Positions 1-9,226 of a DNA stretch of 64,000 nucleotides are shown here, piece by piece. Each line of letters begins with the position of its first letter. The stretch's first letter is position 1. Source of the stretch: a virus. A model generated the notes under the pieces. That model was not told where the DNA came from and did not search any database. It saw only the letters and a program-made list of their open reading frames with translations. The position numbers and the translations under genes were made by a program. Location of the stretch: IMG/VR virus record IMGVR_UViG_3300044716_000883, positions 1 to 64,000 of that record, one strand, 5' to 3'.

Positions 1-2
1 AC

Positions 3-188
3 TGTCAAGGAGATGAATATGGTGAATGGTATTCTGATTATAAATCAGCTGCATCAGTAGAGCGTATTGAAGCATTCATTAAATTAGGACGTCCTGATCC
101 TGTAGCATATGCTGACGAAACAGGTCCTGTAACATGGGAAGTAGCTAAGGCTCATGTAGAAAAAGTATTAGCTGAACACAATTCGTAA
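3..188 (+). CDS. queC: 7-cyano-7-deazaguanine synthase QueC, C-terminal fragment (5' partial)
   Basis: Frame 3 reads CQGDEYGEWYSDYKSAASVERIEAFIKLGRPDPVAYADETGPVTWEVAKAHVEKVLAEHNS*, matching the QueC C-terminal ER..AF...G..DP..Y motif; queE and folE follow. Confidence 0.8.
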   Translation, partial: CQGDEYGEWYSDYKSAASVERIEAFIKLGRPDPVAYADETGPVTWEVAKAHVEKVLAEHNS

Positions 189-207
189 ACAAAAATCAAA
201 TATAGTT

Positions 208-444
208 ATGAGTTATCAAACTAAAGTACGTGCGAACTACTTAAACCGCACAGCAAAATTAGCATTTTTTACTCACCGTCAAAAGCAAGGTGATTTAACA
301 AGATTATCAGAAGAAACTGATTACTCTGTTAGCCACTTGTCAAACATTACAAACGGTAGACGTAGAGTAAACGATACAATTGCTAACGCAATGTACATGT
401 TAACACGTCGTCGTGTAAAAAACACTGAATTCGCTCAAGCGTAA
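208..444 (+). CDS. small putative helix-turn-helix (XRE-like) DNA-binding protein
   Basis: LTRLSEETDYSVSHLSNITNGRR resembles an HTH; basic 78-aa protein. Confidence 0.5.
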   Translation: MSYQTKVRANYLNRTAKLAFFTHRQKQGDLTRLSEETDYSVSHLSNITNGRRRVNDTIANAMYMLTRRRVKNTEFAQA

Positions 445-451
445 TTCACCC

Positions 452-485
452 AACATCCACCCCTAAAAAGGTGGATGTTTTTTTA
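452..485 (+). terminator. intrinsic terminator
   Basis: AACATCCACC-CCTAAAAA-GGTGGATGTT followed by a T run. Confidence 0.85.
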
Positions 486-568
486 ATTTATTATTATGCA
501 TGAAGTATTACATATATTAGGACTGTGTGGAGATAAACATCCAAGCATTGCTGCTTTTATTTTAGAGT

Positions 569-592
569 GGCATAATTTTGGTCCTATATTTA
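569..592 (+). promoter_or_regulatory. class I promoter (GGCA-N12-TATATTTA) upstream of queE
   Basis: Same bipartite motif as about 30 other intergenic sites in the window. Confidence 0.6.
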
Positions 593-614
593 ATTATATA
601 AAAACATTATTCAA

Positions 615-1454
615 ATGAGTAAAATCGATCCACACAAACTACTAATCAGTAGTGATTTCTACACTGTGCAGGGTGAAGGTATTTCATCAGGCGTTCCTTC
701 ATACTTCGTACGTTTTGGTATTTGTAACCTAACTTGTGGTATGAGTAGAGCATTTACCAACCAATTAATGAAAGATAAGAACCTAGAAGACGGTGAAATC
801 TTCGAAGGTGATTTACATAAAGAAGGTAAAGCAACCTGGACTTGCGACAGTACATCTCAGTGGTTATGGAGAGGCGAAGATAAAGAATTCGATTATCTAA
901 TCAATCGTTGGAAAGAAGAAGGTGTATACGATTATATTAAAGATGGTTCTGTTCATATTATTTGGACTGGTGGTGAACCAACAATTAAAGGACACCAAGA
1001 ATCAATCGTTAACTTTACTAACTATTGGTTAAGTAGATATCTTGATAGAAATGATGTAACACCATTCTATGAAATTGAAACTAATGGCACAATTGTAATT
1101 GAAGAACCATTATTTAAAATGTTGGATCAAATCAACTGTTCACCTAAATTAAATAATTCAGGTATGACAGAGAAACAACGTATTGTTCCTGCTGCTATCA
1201 AGCGTATTATGGAACATAAGAACTATCAGTTTAAGTTCGTTATCAGCACAGAAGAAGATGTACAAGAATTATTCCGTGACTTCGTAGTACCATTTAATAT
1301 ACCGCTTAAAAACGTTGTTTGTATGCCTGGTTTAGACGATGCTGAGAATTTCGAAGAGCGTACTCAATTCTGTCTTGAAATGGCTAAAAAATATCGTTTC
1401 CGTGGTTTAACTAGATTGCATATTGCCGCTTGGAATAAAACATTAAATGTATAA
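615..1454 (+). CDS. queE: 7-carboxy-7-deazaguanine synthase QueE (radical SAM)
   Basis: FYTVQGEG, VRFGICNLTC...WTCDS, WTGGEP, EIETNGT, NCSPKL, FKFV, RLH motifs. Confidence 0.92.
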   Translation: MSKIDPHKLLISSDFYTVQGEGISSGVPSYFVRFGICNLTCGMSRAFTNQLMKDKNLEDGEIFEGDLHKEGKATWTCDSTSQWLWRGEDKEFDYLINRWKEEGVYDYIKDGSVHIIWTGGEPTIKGHQESIVNFTNYWLSRYLDRNDVTPFYEIETNGTIVIEEPLFKMLDQINCSPKLNNSGMTEKQRIVPAAIKRIMEHKNYQFKFVISTEEDVQELFRDFVVPFNIPLKNVVCMPGLDDAENFEERTQFCLEMAKKYRFRGLTRLHIAAWNKTLNV

Positions 1455-1455
1455 T

Positions 1456-1551
1456 ATGGAAGAATTAATTATATGGGGCTATGTCGTTATAGCTATATTA
1501 TCAGCATTCGGTGCTGTAAACATGATTAGACAAATCAATAAATTAAAGTAA
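1456..1551 (+). CDS. 31-aa single-TM micro-protein (not in ORF track)
   Basis: MEELIIWGYVVIAILSAFGAVNMIRQINKLK* fills the queE-folE gap. Confidence 0.5.
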   Translation: MEELIIWGYVVIAILSAFGAVNMIRQINKLK

Positions 1552-1562
1552 AAAATAAATAA

Positions 1563-2195
1563 ATGGAACTATTAAAAAAATCAAATGGTAATTTAGCTCG
1601 TACACCAGAAGAGATTGAGCAAATGATTAATAATGCATCTGAGGCGTATGCTCAGTTCCTTACAGCAGTGGGGTTTGATTACAAAGCGGATAGACAAACT
1701 GAAGATACACCTCGTCGTGTAGCTAAAGCGTGGTTAAAGGACTTAATCGTAGGTAGTATTAGTGATGAACCAAACATTACAGTATTCCCTAATGATGAAG
1801 GATATGATGGATTAGTAATCCAATCAGGTATCCCTATTGTTAGTATGTGTGCTCACCACAATTTAGCATTTACAGGATATGCTACTGTAGCATATGTTCC
1901 TGCTGAAAACGTTATTGGTTTAAGTAAATTAAATCGTATCGTTGAATGGTTTGGACGTAGACCACAAATGCAAGAGTCATTAACAACACAAATCCACGAT
2001 TATATTGCTAATAAAATGCAATGTGAATCAGTAGCAGTTAGTATTGCTTGTAAGCATACATGTTGCTCACATAGAGGTATTAAACACGGTTCTACTATGA
2101 CTACAAATAAGTTTAGTGGTGTGTTTATGGAAAAAGATAATTTAATTAGAGAAGAATTCTTACACGCGATTGAAGTAAATGGAACAAAATTCTAA
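1563..2195 (+). CDS. folE: GTP cyclohydrolase I
   Basis: DTPRRVAK, SMCAHH, IGLSKLNRIV, RPQMQESLT, HTCCSHRG motifs. Confidence 0.96.
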   Translation: MELLKKSNGNLARTPEEIEQMINNASEAYAQFLTAVGFDYKADRQTEDTPRRVAKAWLKDLIVGSISDEPNITVFPNDEGYDGLVIQSGIPIVSMCAHHNLAFTGYATVAYVPAENVIGLSKLNRIVEWFGRRPQMQESLTTQIHDYIANKMQCESVAVSIACKHTCCSHRGIKHGSTMTTNKFSGVFMEKDNLIREEFLHAIEVNGTKF

Positions 2196-2196
2196 T

Positions 2197-2589
2197 ATGA
2201 ACAAAAGATTTATTACCTGGGACTATATTGAGACTGCTGTGAATAACATAGCGTCTCAAATAGAATCCAGTGGGCTAGATATTCAATATATATTTGGAAT
2301 GCCTAGAGGAGGATTAATACCTGCTGTAATGTTATCTCATAAATTAAACATTCCATTATTTAAATTTGGAATGGTACTAGATAGTAAAGTACTAATAGTA
2401 GATGATATCTGCGATTCAGGACTAACATTACACAAGTATAATGTTCCAACAGCAACAATTCATACAAAAGAATCTGCATCCGTACAACCAACATTCCACT
2501 ACGAAGTAGTAGATAAAGATTGGATAGTTTATCCATGGGAAAGAGCAGATTCAAAAACAATACAAGATTATGCAACCAAAGGAGAGTAA
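2197..2589 (+). CDS. type I phosphoribosyltransferase (gpt-like)
   Basis: GMPRGGLIPA, PRPP-binding VLIVDDICDSGLTL, WIVYPWE; likely start is the ATG at 2197 rather than 2179. Confidence 0.85.
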   Translation: MNKRFITWDYIETAVNNIASQIESSGLDIQYIFGMPRGGLIPAVMLSHKLNIPLFKFGMVLDSKVLIVDDICDSGLTLHKYNVPTATIHTKESASVQPTFHYEVVDKDWIVYPWERADSKTIQDYATKGE

Positions 2590-2728
2590 AACAAATTGGC
2601 ATTTTTCAATTAGTTTCGCTAAATCATTAATCAGAATGGGTGCCTGTATTGGGCTTCTATTTAGTACTGGAATATTTGTTCTAGGAATGATAATAGCTGA
2701 AGTACTTGGAATTGTAGAAGAACTTTAA
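2570..2728 (+). CDS. 52-aa membrane protein (not in ORF track)
   Basis: MQPKESKTNWHFSISFAKSLIRMGACIGLLFSTGIFVLGMIIAEVLGIVEEL* fills the intergenic gap. Confidence 0.6.
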   Translation: MQPKESKTNWHFSISFAKSLIRMGACIGLLFSTGIFVLGMIIAEVLGIVEEL

Positions 2729-2740
2729 TAAATTTAAAAT

Positions 2741-3268
2741 ATGTTAAACGCAAAACAAATTGTAGACGAGGGTCTATTATTATTAGAAACAACACAAGGT
2801 AAACCGGCACAAGTAGGTTATGACTTATCACTTAAAGCAGTACAGAAAGTTGGTAATAAAATTGGTGGTAATTTTATAGCGGATGGTAAAATTGGTAAAG
2901 TACTAAAAGATAAAACTGAATTAACCACATATACCCCATTTGAATCTATCAAATTAGATGGTGCTGAAGGATGGTTATTATATGAAGGTGTATACGATAT
3001 TACATTTAATGAAGGTTGTAAAATACCTGATAATCGTGTAGCATTCATTAAGCAACGCTCATCATTATATCGTAACGGTGCAATTATCAACAGTCCTGTA
3101 TTTGACCCAGGATTTGAAACACAATATATGGGTACATTATTGTATGTTCATGAAACTATATTCATTGAAAAAGATGCTCGTGTAGCACAAATCTACTTCC
3201 ACGAATGTAATGGTGCTGAATTATACAATGGACAATGGCAAAATGATAAACAGAGAAATTCATTATAA
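2741..3268 (+). CDS. dcd: dCTP deaminase / trimeric dUTPase family protein
   Basis: AQVGYDLSL, QRSSLYRNG, VFDPGF, RVAQIYF motifs. Confidence 0.75.
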   Translation: MLNAKQIVDEGLLLLETTQGKPAQVGYDLSLKAVQKVGNKIGGNFIADGKIGKVLKDKTELTTYTPFESIKLDGAEGWLLYEGVYDITFNEGCKIPDNRVAFIKQRSSLYRNGAIINSPVFDPGFETQYMGTLLYVHETIFIEKDARVAQIYFHECNGAELYNGQWQNDKQRNSL

Positions 3269-3271
3269 TAA

Positions 3272-4990
3272 ATGGATAATCTAGTAAAAAAAGTTTTAGA
3301 TAGTGGGGGTTCTATTACCCCCCTACTAATACCCTCTGATTTAACAAACGGAACAGGTTTAATGAACCCATCAATATACGTTGATAAGGGTAAATTAATC
3401 CTTAATCTCCGTCACGTTAATTATACACTATATCACTGCGAAGGAGAACAATTATTTATTAATCGTTGGGGTCCCTTATCATACCTAAACCCAGAAAACG
3501 ATATCCACTTAAGAACAACAAATTGGCTTTGTGAGCTAAACGATGATCTAACAATTAAAAATTGGAACAAAGTAGATACATCAAAGCTTGATGTTGAGCC
3601 TGTTTGGGAATTTATTGGATTAGAAGATGGTAGATTGGTAAGGTGGGATGATAAACTATATTTGTGTGGTGTTAGAAGAGATACTAAAACTAATGGTGAG
3701 GGTAGAATGGAACTATCTGAACTAAAAAAACACAAAGAAGTAAAGCGTAGTAGAATAGAACCACCAAACGATCCAAACTCATACTGTGAGAAAAATTGGA
3801 TGCCTATTATTGATATGCCTTATCACTTTGTAAAATGGACTAATCCAACTGAAGTAGTAAAGGTAAATCCTGAAACTAATACTTCTGAAACAGTAGTATT
3901 AAAAGAAGGTGTAGGTGAATTTCAAAATTTAAGAGGTGGATCTCAAATTATTCCTTATGGTGATGATAGAATCTGTATTATTCATGAAGTAGATTTATGG
4001 AAAAATAAATTAGAACAAAGAGACGCTAAATATACTCATCGACTAGTAATATGGGATAAAGACTGGAATATAAAACACATCTCAGAACCTTTTAGTTTTA
4101 TGGGTGGTGAAATAGAATTCTGCTGTGGGTTAGCTAAATACCAAGACAATTTACTTATCACTTTTGGATTTCAAGATAATGCCGCTTATATATTGAAAAT
4201 GCCAATTACTTTTCTAGATAATTTTATTAGAAATAATAAAAAATTAAATGGACTTAAACTAGCTAATTGTATTAGTTTAGAAAGTTCAAAAGATAGACAG
4301 TCAAAAACAATAGACGAATTCTGTAAATTTGGAACTGATGTTAAAATAATACAAGCATATGATGGTAGAGTAACGGATTATCAAAATAATCCCACAGTTG
4401 AAGGACTATACCTACACCAAATGGATTCGGGAGCAATAGCAACTGTATTATCACACTTGAAAGCTATTAAAGATTGGTATAACACCACAAACGAAGATTA
4501 TGGTTTTTTTTGTGAAGATGATATGTTAATAAGCAATGCTAATAATTGGTTATTTAATTGGGATGATGTTATAAATAATTTACCTAAAGGTTGGAAAGCA
4601 ATACAACTTTCTGTTATTAAAGATATAAAAGAAAGTGATATGAAATTAAACATTAGAAAATGGGATAATTGGGCATGTGGTGCTTATATATTGAGTAGAA
4701 CTTATGTAAAAACAATAATAGATAAATATTATCCTAATGATAAATTTATATTAATAAATGATAATTTAATACCATTAGTTGAAAATATAATATACGGCGT
4801 TGAAAATAAAGACATCTACACATTACCTTTATTTACAGAAGATATTTCTTTTAAATCAACATTTTACCCAAAATTTATTGATACTGAATATAAAAATAGT
4901 CAAAAATCTAGTGCAGATTTTATAAAAAATTGGTGGGAAAAAATAGGCAAAACCAAAACAATTAAAGAATTATGCAAGATAGATTATTAA
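3272..4990 (+). CDS. fusion of a GH130/PH1107-like beta-propeller glycosidase and a GT25-like glycosyltransferase
   Basis: N-part has NPSI, GLEDGRL, EKNWMP, RGGSQ, EFCCGL, FGFQDN; C-part has SHLKAI, FFCEDD, CGAYILSR. Confidence 0.75.
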   Translation: MDNLVKKVLDSGGSITPLLIPSDLTNGTGLMNPSIYVDKGKLILNLRHVNYTLYHCEGEQLFINRWGPLSYLNPENDIHLRTTNWLCELNDDLTIKNWNKVDTSKLDVEPVWEFIGLEDGRLVRWDDKLYLCGVRRDTKTNGEGRMELSELKKHKEVKRSRIEPPNDPNSYCEKNWMPIIDMPYHFVKWTNPTEVVKVNPETNTSETVVLKEGVGEFQNLRGGSQIIPYGDDRICIIHEVDLWKNKLEQRDAKYTHRLVIWDKDWNIKHISEPFSFMGGEIEFCCGLAKYQDNLLITFGFQDNAAYILKMPITFLDNFIRNNKKLNGLKLANCISLESSKDRQSKTIDEFCKFGTDVKIIQAYDGRVTDYQNNPTVEGLYLHQMDSGAIATVLSHLKAIKDWYNTTNEDYGFFCEDDMLISNANNWLFNWDDVINNLPKGWKAIQLSVIKDIKESDMKLNIRKWDNWACGAYILSRTYVKTIIDKYYPNDKFILINDNLIPLVENIIYGVENKDIYTLPLFTEDISFKSTFYPKFIDTEYKNSQKSSADFIKNWWEKIGKTKTIKELCKIDY

Positions 4991-5523
4991 AAGCATATAT
5001 TAATAATCCAAAAGACAGTAATATTAACTTTGAACTTGGATGTGAATATGAAGATATAGGACAAACAGCATCCGCTGCTGGTTATTATCTTAGAAGCATA
5101 GAATTTGGAAATGATAATAATAGAATTTACGAAGCATTACTAAGAATAGCTTTATGTTTTGAAAAACAAGGCAATAGAGTATTTACTATAAAAGGTATAT
5201 TATTACGAGCAATATCGCTACTCCCAAAACGTCCTGAAGCATATTTCCTGCTTAGCAGAACATATGAACGAAATAAAGACTGGCAGGAAAGCTACACAAT
5301 GGCTATTATTGGATATACATTAGCAACAGATGAACCTAATACCATTACAGATGTAGAATATCCAAATAGGTGGGTATTCTTATTTGAACAAGCAGTAGCA
5401 GGGTGGTGGATTGGATTACACGATGAATCAATACGTTTATTTAAAACACTGTTTATGGAATACAAACTTACACCACTATACAAAAAAGCAGTAATGAATA
5501 ATCTTGATAATTTAGATAAGTAA
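4972..5523 (+). CDS. TPR-repeat protein
   Basis: Helical repeats AAGYYLRSIE, LLRAISLLPKRPEAYFLLS. Confidence 0.75.
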   Translation: MQDRLLKAYINNPKDSNINFELGCEYEDIGQTASAAGYYLRSIEFGNDNNRIYEALLRIALCFEKQGNRVFTIKGILLRAISLLPKRPEAYFLLSRTYERNKDWQESYTMAIIGYTLATDEPNTITDVEYPNRWVFLFEQAVAGWWIGLHDESIRLFKTLFMEYKLTPLYKKAVMNNLDNLDK

Positions 5524-5535
5524 TATTTATAGGTA
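5523..5535 (+). promoter_or_regulatory. class II motif ATATTTATAGGTA
   Basis: The same 13-mer occurs at 33322, and with one change at 47351; each is upstream of a gene start. Confidence 0.5.
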
Positions 5536-6245
5536 TGCCTATAACGTTTATTAATACATCAGGAGCTGGTAACTTTACATTAGTTAATAATAGTAATAGT
5601 GGAAGTTTTATTTTAAATTCATCTTTAACCACAACAAGCACCACAACAACCACCACCACTACATCACCTGGATCATTTAACTACACCCCAGGCACTTTCT
5701 TTGATGTATTTACTCAACAATCTGGTGTTTCTTCTAGTATTGGTATTAATACTAATAACGGAGCTTGGCAATTATTTTATGCTAACCAACCAGTAACAAT
5801 GTCTGCTGGTTCTGGAAATATTGGATTAGTACCTCATTCTAATGGTAGTAACTCATGGGCTTGGTATGTGGCTACTGGATCTGTAGATAACAGTACAGGT
5901 AGTTGGAGTACTGTAAGTACTATAACACCATCAAACTCATTTAGCTATACTGGTGGTACTTTAACAACATCATCACTTAACACCACTATCAGAATTCCAG
6001 CAAACAGATACTTCTTAATAGCTAACAGTGGTGGTCCATTCTATAGACAAGTTAGAGCATTAGCTAATAATAGAATAGGTAATGTTTCCGGATCAGCATT
6101 TGTAACAGCTATAAATAGAGTTGCTTTAGGTAACTGGCCTTCAGGTGGCACAACTACAATCCCAACACAATTCGGTGGTTCAGGCACAGGCTATACATTG
6201 TATACTGGGTCAGTACACGTAATGAGTGTTAAATTTACTCAATAA
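5535..6245 (+). CDS. Thr/Ser/Gly/Asn-rich beta-type protein with a poly-Thr linker (possible virion surface protein)
   Basis: TTTSTTTTTTTTSPG tract; almost no charged residues. Confidence 0.45.
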   Translation: MPITFINTSGAGNFTLVNNSNSGSFILNSSLTTTSTTTTTTTTSPGSFNYTPGTFFDVFTQQSGVSSSIGINTNNGAWQLFYANQPVTMSAGSGNIGLVPHSNGSNSWAWYVATGSVDNSTGSWSTVSTITPSNSFSYTGGTLTTSSLNTTIRIPANRYFLIANSGGPFYRQVRALANNRIGNVSGSAFVTAINRVALGNWPSGGTTTIPTQFGGSGTGYTLYTGSVHVMSVKFTQ

Positions 6246-6246
6246 A

Positions 6247-6278
6247 TTTGATTCTGTCAAGATAATATCTTATATTTA
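6247..6278 (+). promoter_or_regulatory. promoter TTTG-N20-TATATTTA with GTCA box, 4 nt upstream of the polymerase ATG
   Basis: Matches Bacteroidetes -33/-7 spacing and the class I motif (11-nt spacer). Confidence 0.65.
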
Positions 6279-6282
6279 AGGT

Positions 6283-8859
6283 ATGTATCAATCAATATTT
6301 TACGAGGGTAAACCCAACTATAAATTTCATTTACGCGACGATAAGAAAGGATGGACTGAATTTCAGTATACCATACCTCGCTTCGCTATTGACCCTAATG
6401 GTCAGTATCCAACATTAGATGGTAAACGAGCTAAAGCCGTTACCAAATATGAATGGAACGATAATCATCTATATGAGTCTGATATTGACAGACTAACCGC
6501 TGTATTAATTGATAAATACAAAGACAGCGATGATACCCCTGAATGGCAGAACATTATCTACTTCGATATTGAGTGTGAGATTGGGGGTGCCTTAACTACA
6601 GAATACATTAAGACAGCACCAATGAAGATTACTTCAATCTCATTGTACGATGCTACAGCTAAAAAATACTACTGTCTAATCTTAGACGAGAAAAAACAAT
6701 TAACGTCTATTGATGAAGAAGATAAGCAGGTTATACCGTGTGATGATGAAGAACAGTTATTACGCTTATTCCTTGACTTATGGGAATCAGTTGATCCAAC
6801 TATCATCACAGGATGGAATAGTGGATTCTTTGACGTTCCTTACCTGTATTATAGATTATGTAATGTACTAGGTAGAGATGAAGCTGCTCGTTTATCTCCA
6901 ATTCGTAAAATTAAATTTACTGAATGGGATCAAGCTCAACCTATTGAATTAGGAGGTATTAATCACTTAGATTATCTACTACTATACAAAAAGTATAATC
7001 CTAAAAACGAACCATCTTATAAATTAGGTGATATAGGAACTAAATACGTTAAATTAGGTAAGATTGAATATGAAGGTAATTTAGATCGTTTATTTAGAGA
7101 TGATGTAAATAAGTACATTGAGTATAATATTCGTGACGTTGAAATTATTATTGAATTAGAAAAGAAATTTAAATTCATAGAATTAACAGTTGCTATCTGT
7201 CATCTGTGCCACGTGCCTTATGAAATGATTTACTTATCAACTGTATTAAATGATGGTGCTATATTAACTTACCTAAAACGTAACAATATAGTATCACCAA
7301 ACAAACCAACTACTACTAATCCATCACTTAAGGAAGCATATGAAGAATATGCAGGTGGATATTTAAAAGACCCAGTACCAGGATTATATGAATGGGTTAT
7401 TGACTTAGACTTTACTTCACTTTATCCGTCTATTATTCGTTCTTTAAATATTGGTATTGAAACGTTCGTTGGGCGAATAGTAAATAGAGATAAATACGAT
7501 AATAACTGGACATTAGATGATTTACGACAAATGGATCCTAATGAAGTGATTACTATTGAAAAACTAACAGCAAAACAAACAACACAACAAGCAGCAGTTA
7601 AAGTAGGTACTCTACTATCATTAATTCAAGAAAATGGATGGTTATTAGCAGCATCAGGTGCTATGTTTAGAACAGATCGCTCATCAGTAGTATGTGAAGT
7701 ATTAACTGATTGGTTCAATAAACGTGTTGAATATAAGAATAAAATGAAGAAAGCATACAAATCAGGTGATGCTGTTAAAGGCGAATTCTATAATAGACGT
7801 CAACATGCTTATAAAATTAAATTGAATGACGTTTATGGTTGTTATGCTATTAATGGTTGGCGCTATACTGATGGTCATAAAATGATATCTAAAGCAATCA
7901 CATTAACTGGTCAACGTGTAACTCAAGAATCAATTAAGTTTGTAAATGAATGGATGAATGAAAAATTAGGTACTGAAGATAAAGATTATGTAGTTACATC
8001 TGATACTGACTCATTATTCATTCAATGTAAGGATCTAGTATTACAACGCTATCCTGAAACATCAACTAAGGACGAATACATTAAAGCAGTATTAGAAATT
8101 GCTACTGAAATACAAACAGCAGCAAATAATAATATTGATAGAGTAACTAGAGATTACTTTAATGTTGGTACACGTGATCATTACTTTGAGTTAAAGCAAG
8201 AAGTGATTATTGAACGGGGTTACTTTGCAGGTAAACGTCGTTATGCAATGTATATTGTAAATAAAGAAGGTGTTACTGTTGATGAATTAGATATGAAGGG
8301 TCTAGACCTAATGAAATCAAATATGACTCCAATGTATTCTAAATTTGGAGAGAAATTGATTCAAGACATTATGTTTGGTAAACCTAAACCAGAAATTGAT
8401 CAACAAATAATTGATTTTAAAAAATACGTTAAGGATATTCCTATTGATCAATTAGCTAAACCTACTGGAGTTAAAAATGTAGAGTCATATATTGAGCGTG
8501 CTCCTAGAACAGGTGAGATATTTAGTACATTGAAATTGAAATGTCCTATCAATGCTAAAGCAGCTATCTACTACAATGACTTACTTAAATTTAAGAAAGT
8601 ACAAAAGCAATATCCATTATTCACTGCTGGTGATAAGATGAAATACATTCAACTTAAAACTAATCCATATAACATCGATGTAATTGGATTTACAGGTAAT
8701 GATCCTGAAGTGATTAATAAATTAATTGAGGAATTTGCTGATAGAGAGGAGGGATTCGAATCAACACTACTAAATAAACTAAAAGGCATTTATGAAGATT
8801 TAGGATGGACATTCCCATCATTAAATGATAAGGTAAATAAATTCTTCAAATTTGTCTAG
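6283..8859 (+). CDS. family B DNA polymerase (T4 gp43-like) with 3'-5' exonuclease
   Basis: YFDIEC, TGWNSGFFD, YNIRDV, DLDFTSLYPS, KIKLNDVYG, TSDTDS, KRRY, KGLD motifs; no intein. Confidence 0.96.
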   Translation: MYQSIFYEGKPNYKFHLRDDKKGWTEFQYTIPRFAIDPNGQYPTLDGKRAKAVTKYEWNDNHLYESDIDRLTAVLIDKYKDSDDTPEWQNIIYFDIECEIGGALTTEYIKTAPMKITSISLYDATAKKYYCLILDEKKQLTSIDEEDKQVIPCDDEEQLLRLFLDLWESVDPTIITGWNSGFFDVPYLYYRLCNVLGRDEAARLSPIRKIKFTEWDQAQPIELGGINHLDYLLLYKKYNPKNEPSYKLGDIGTKYVKLGKIEYEGNLDRLFRDDVNKYIEYNIRDVEIIIELEKKFKFIELTVAICHLCHVPYEMIYLSTVLNDGAILTYLKRNNIVSPNKPTTTNPSLKEAYEEYAGGYLKDPVPGLYEWVIDLDFTSLYPSIIRSLNIGIETFVGRIVNRDKYDNNWTLDDLRQMDPNEVITIEKLTAKQTTQQAAVKVGTLLSLIQENGWLLAASGAMFRTDRSSVVCEVLTDWFNKRVEYKNKMKKAYKSGDAVKGEFYNRRQHAYKIKLNDVYGCYAINGWRYTDGHKMISKAITLTGQRVTQESIKFVNEWMNEKLGTEDKDYVVTSDTDSLFIQCKDLVLQRYPETSTKDEYIKAVLEIATEIQTAANNNIDRVTRDYFNVGTRDHYFELKQEVIIERGYFAGKRRYAMYIVNKEGVTVDELDMKGLDLMKSNMTPMYSKFGEKLIQDIMFGKPKPEIDQQIIDFKKYVKDIPIDQLAKPTGVKNVESYIERAPRTGEIFSTLKLKCPINAKAAIYYNDLLKFKKVQKQYPLFTAGDKMKYIQLKTNPYNIDVIGFTGNDPEVINKLIEEFADREEGFESTLLNKLKGIYEDLGWTFPSLNDKVNKFFKFV

Positions 8860-8882
8860 GCCAAATATTAATCATACATTCG
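8859..8882 (+). promoter_or_regulatory. class I promoter (GGCC-N12-TACATTCG)
   Basis: Bipartite motif with the ATG 4 nt after the box. Confidence 0.5.
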
Positions 8883-8886
8883 CGTT

Positions 8887-9225
8887 ATGAATTTATTAAA
8901 AGGTTTTATATTTGGTTTATTAGCCCAAATCGTTACATTTCTCCAACTACAAGGACAAATCAAATATGAATGGTTTAAAAATAACCCACTAATAGTAGCA
9001 TTTATGGGTGTACCAATATCACTACTATTTATGTACTCAGTACGTAATTTTGTAGCTGCTTATGATGGTCAAATATGGCCATCACGTTTGATCGGATTTG
9101 GTATTGGGGTAGTAGTATTTACAGTTATGTCTCATTATATGTTTAATGAACCTTTAACTCCTAAAACACTTACTTGTTTGAGCCTAGGAGTTGTCATAAT
9201 TTTAATTCAAATATTTTGGAAATAA
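8887..9225 (+). CDS. 4-TM membrane protein, possibly DMT/SMR-like
   Basis: Four hydrophobic segments; the end MFNEPLT..TLTCLSLGVVIILI resembles DMT C-termini. Confidence 0.45.
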   Translation: MNLLKGFIFGLLAQIVTFLQLQGQIKYEWFKNNPLIVAFMGVPISLLFMYSVRNFVAAYDGQIWPSRLIGFGIGVVVFTVMSHYMFNEPLTPKTLTCLSLGVVIILIQIFWK

Positions 9226-9226
9226 T

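Noticed and set aside
6283-8859. Intein or intron in the DNA polymerase
   Set aside because: Normal length with contiguous motifs; no splicing or homing signatures.
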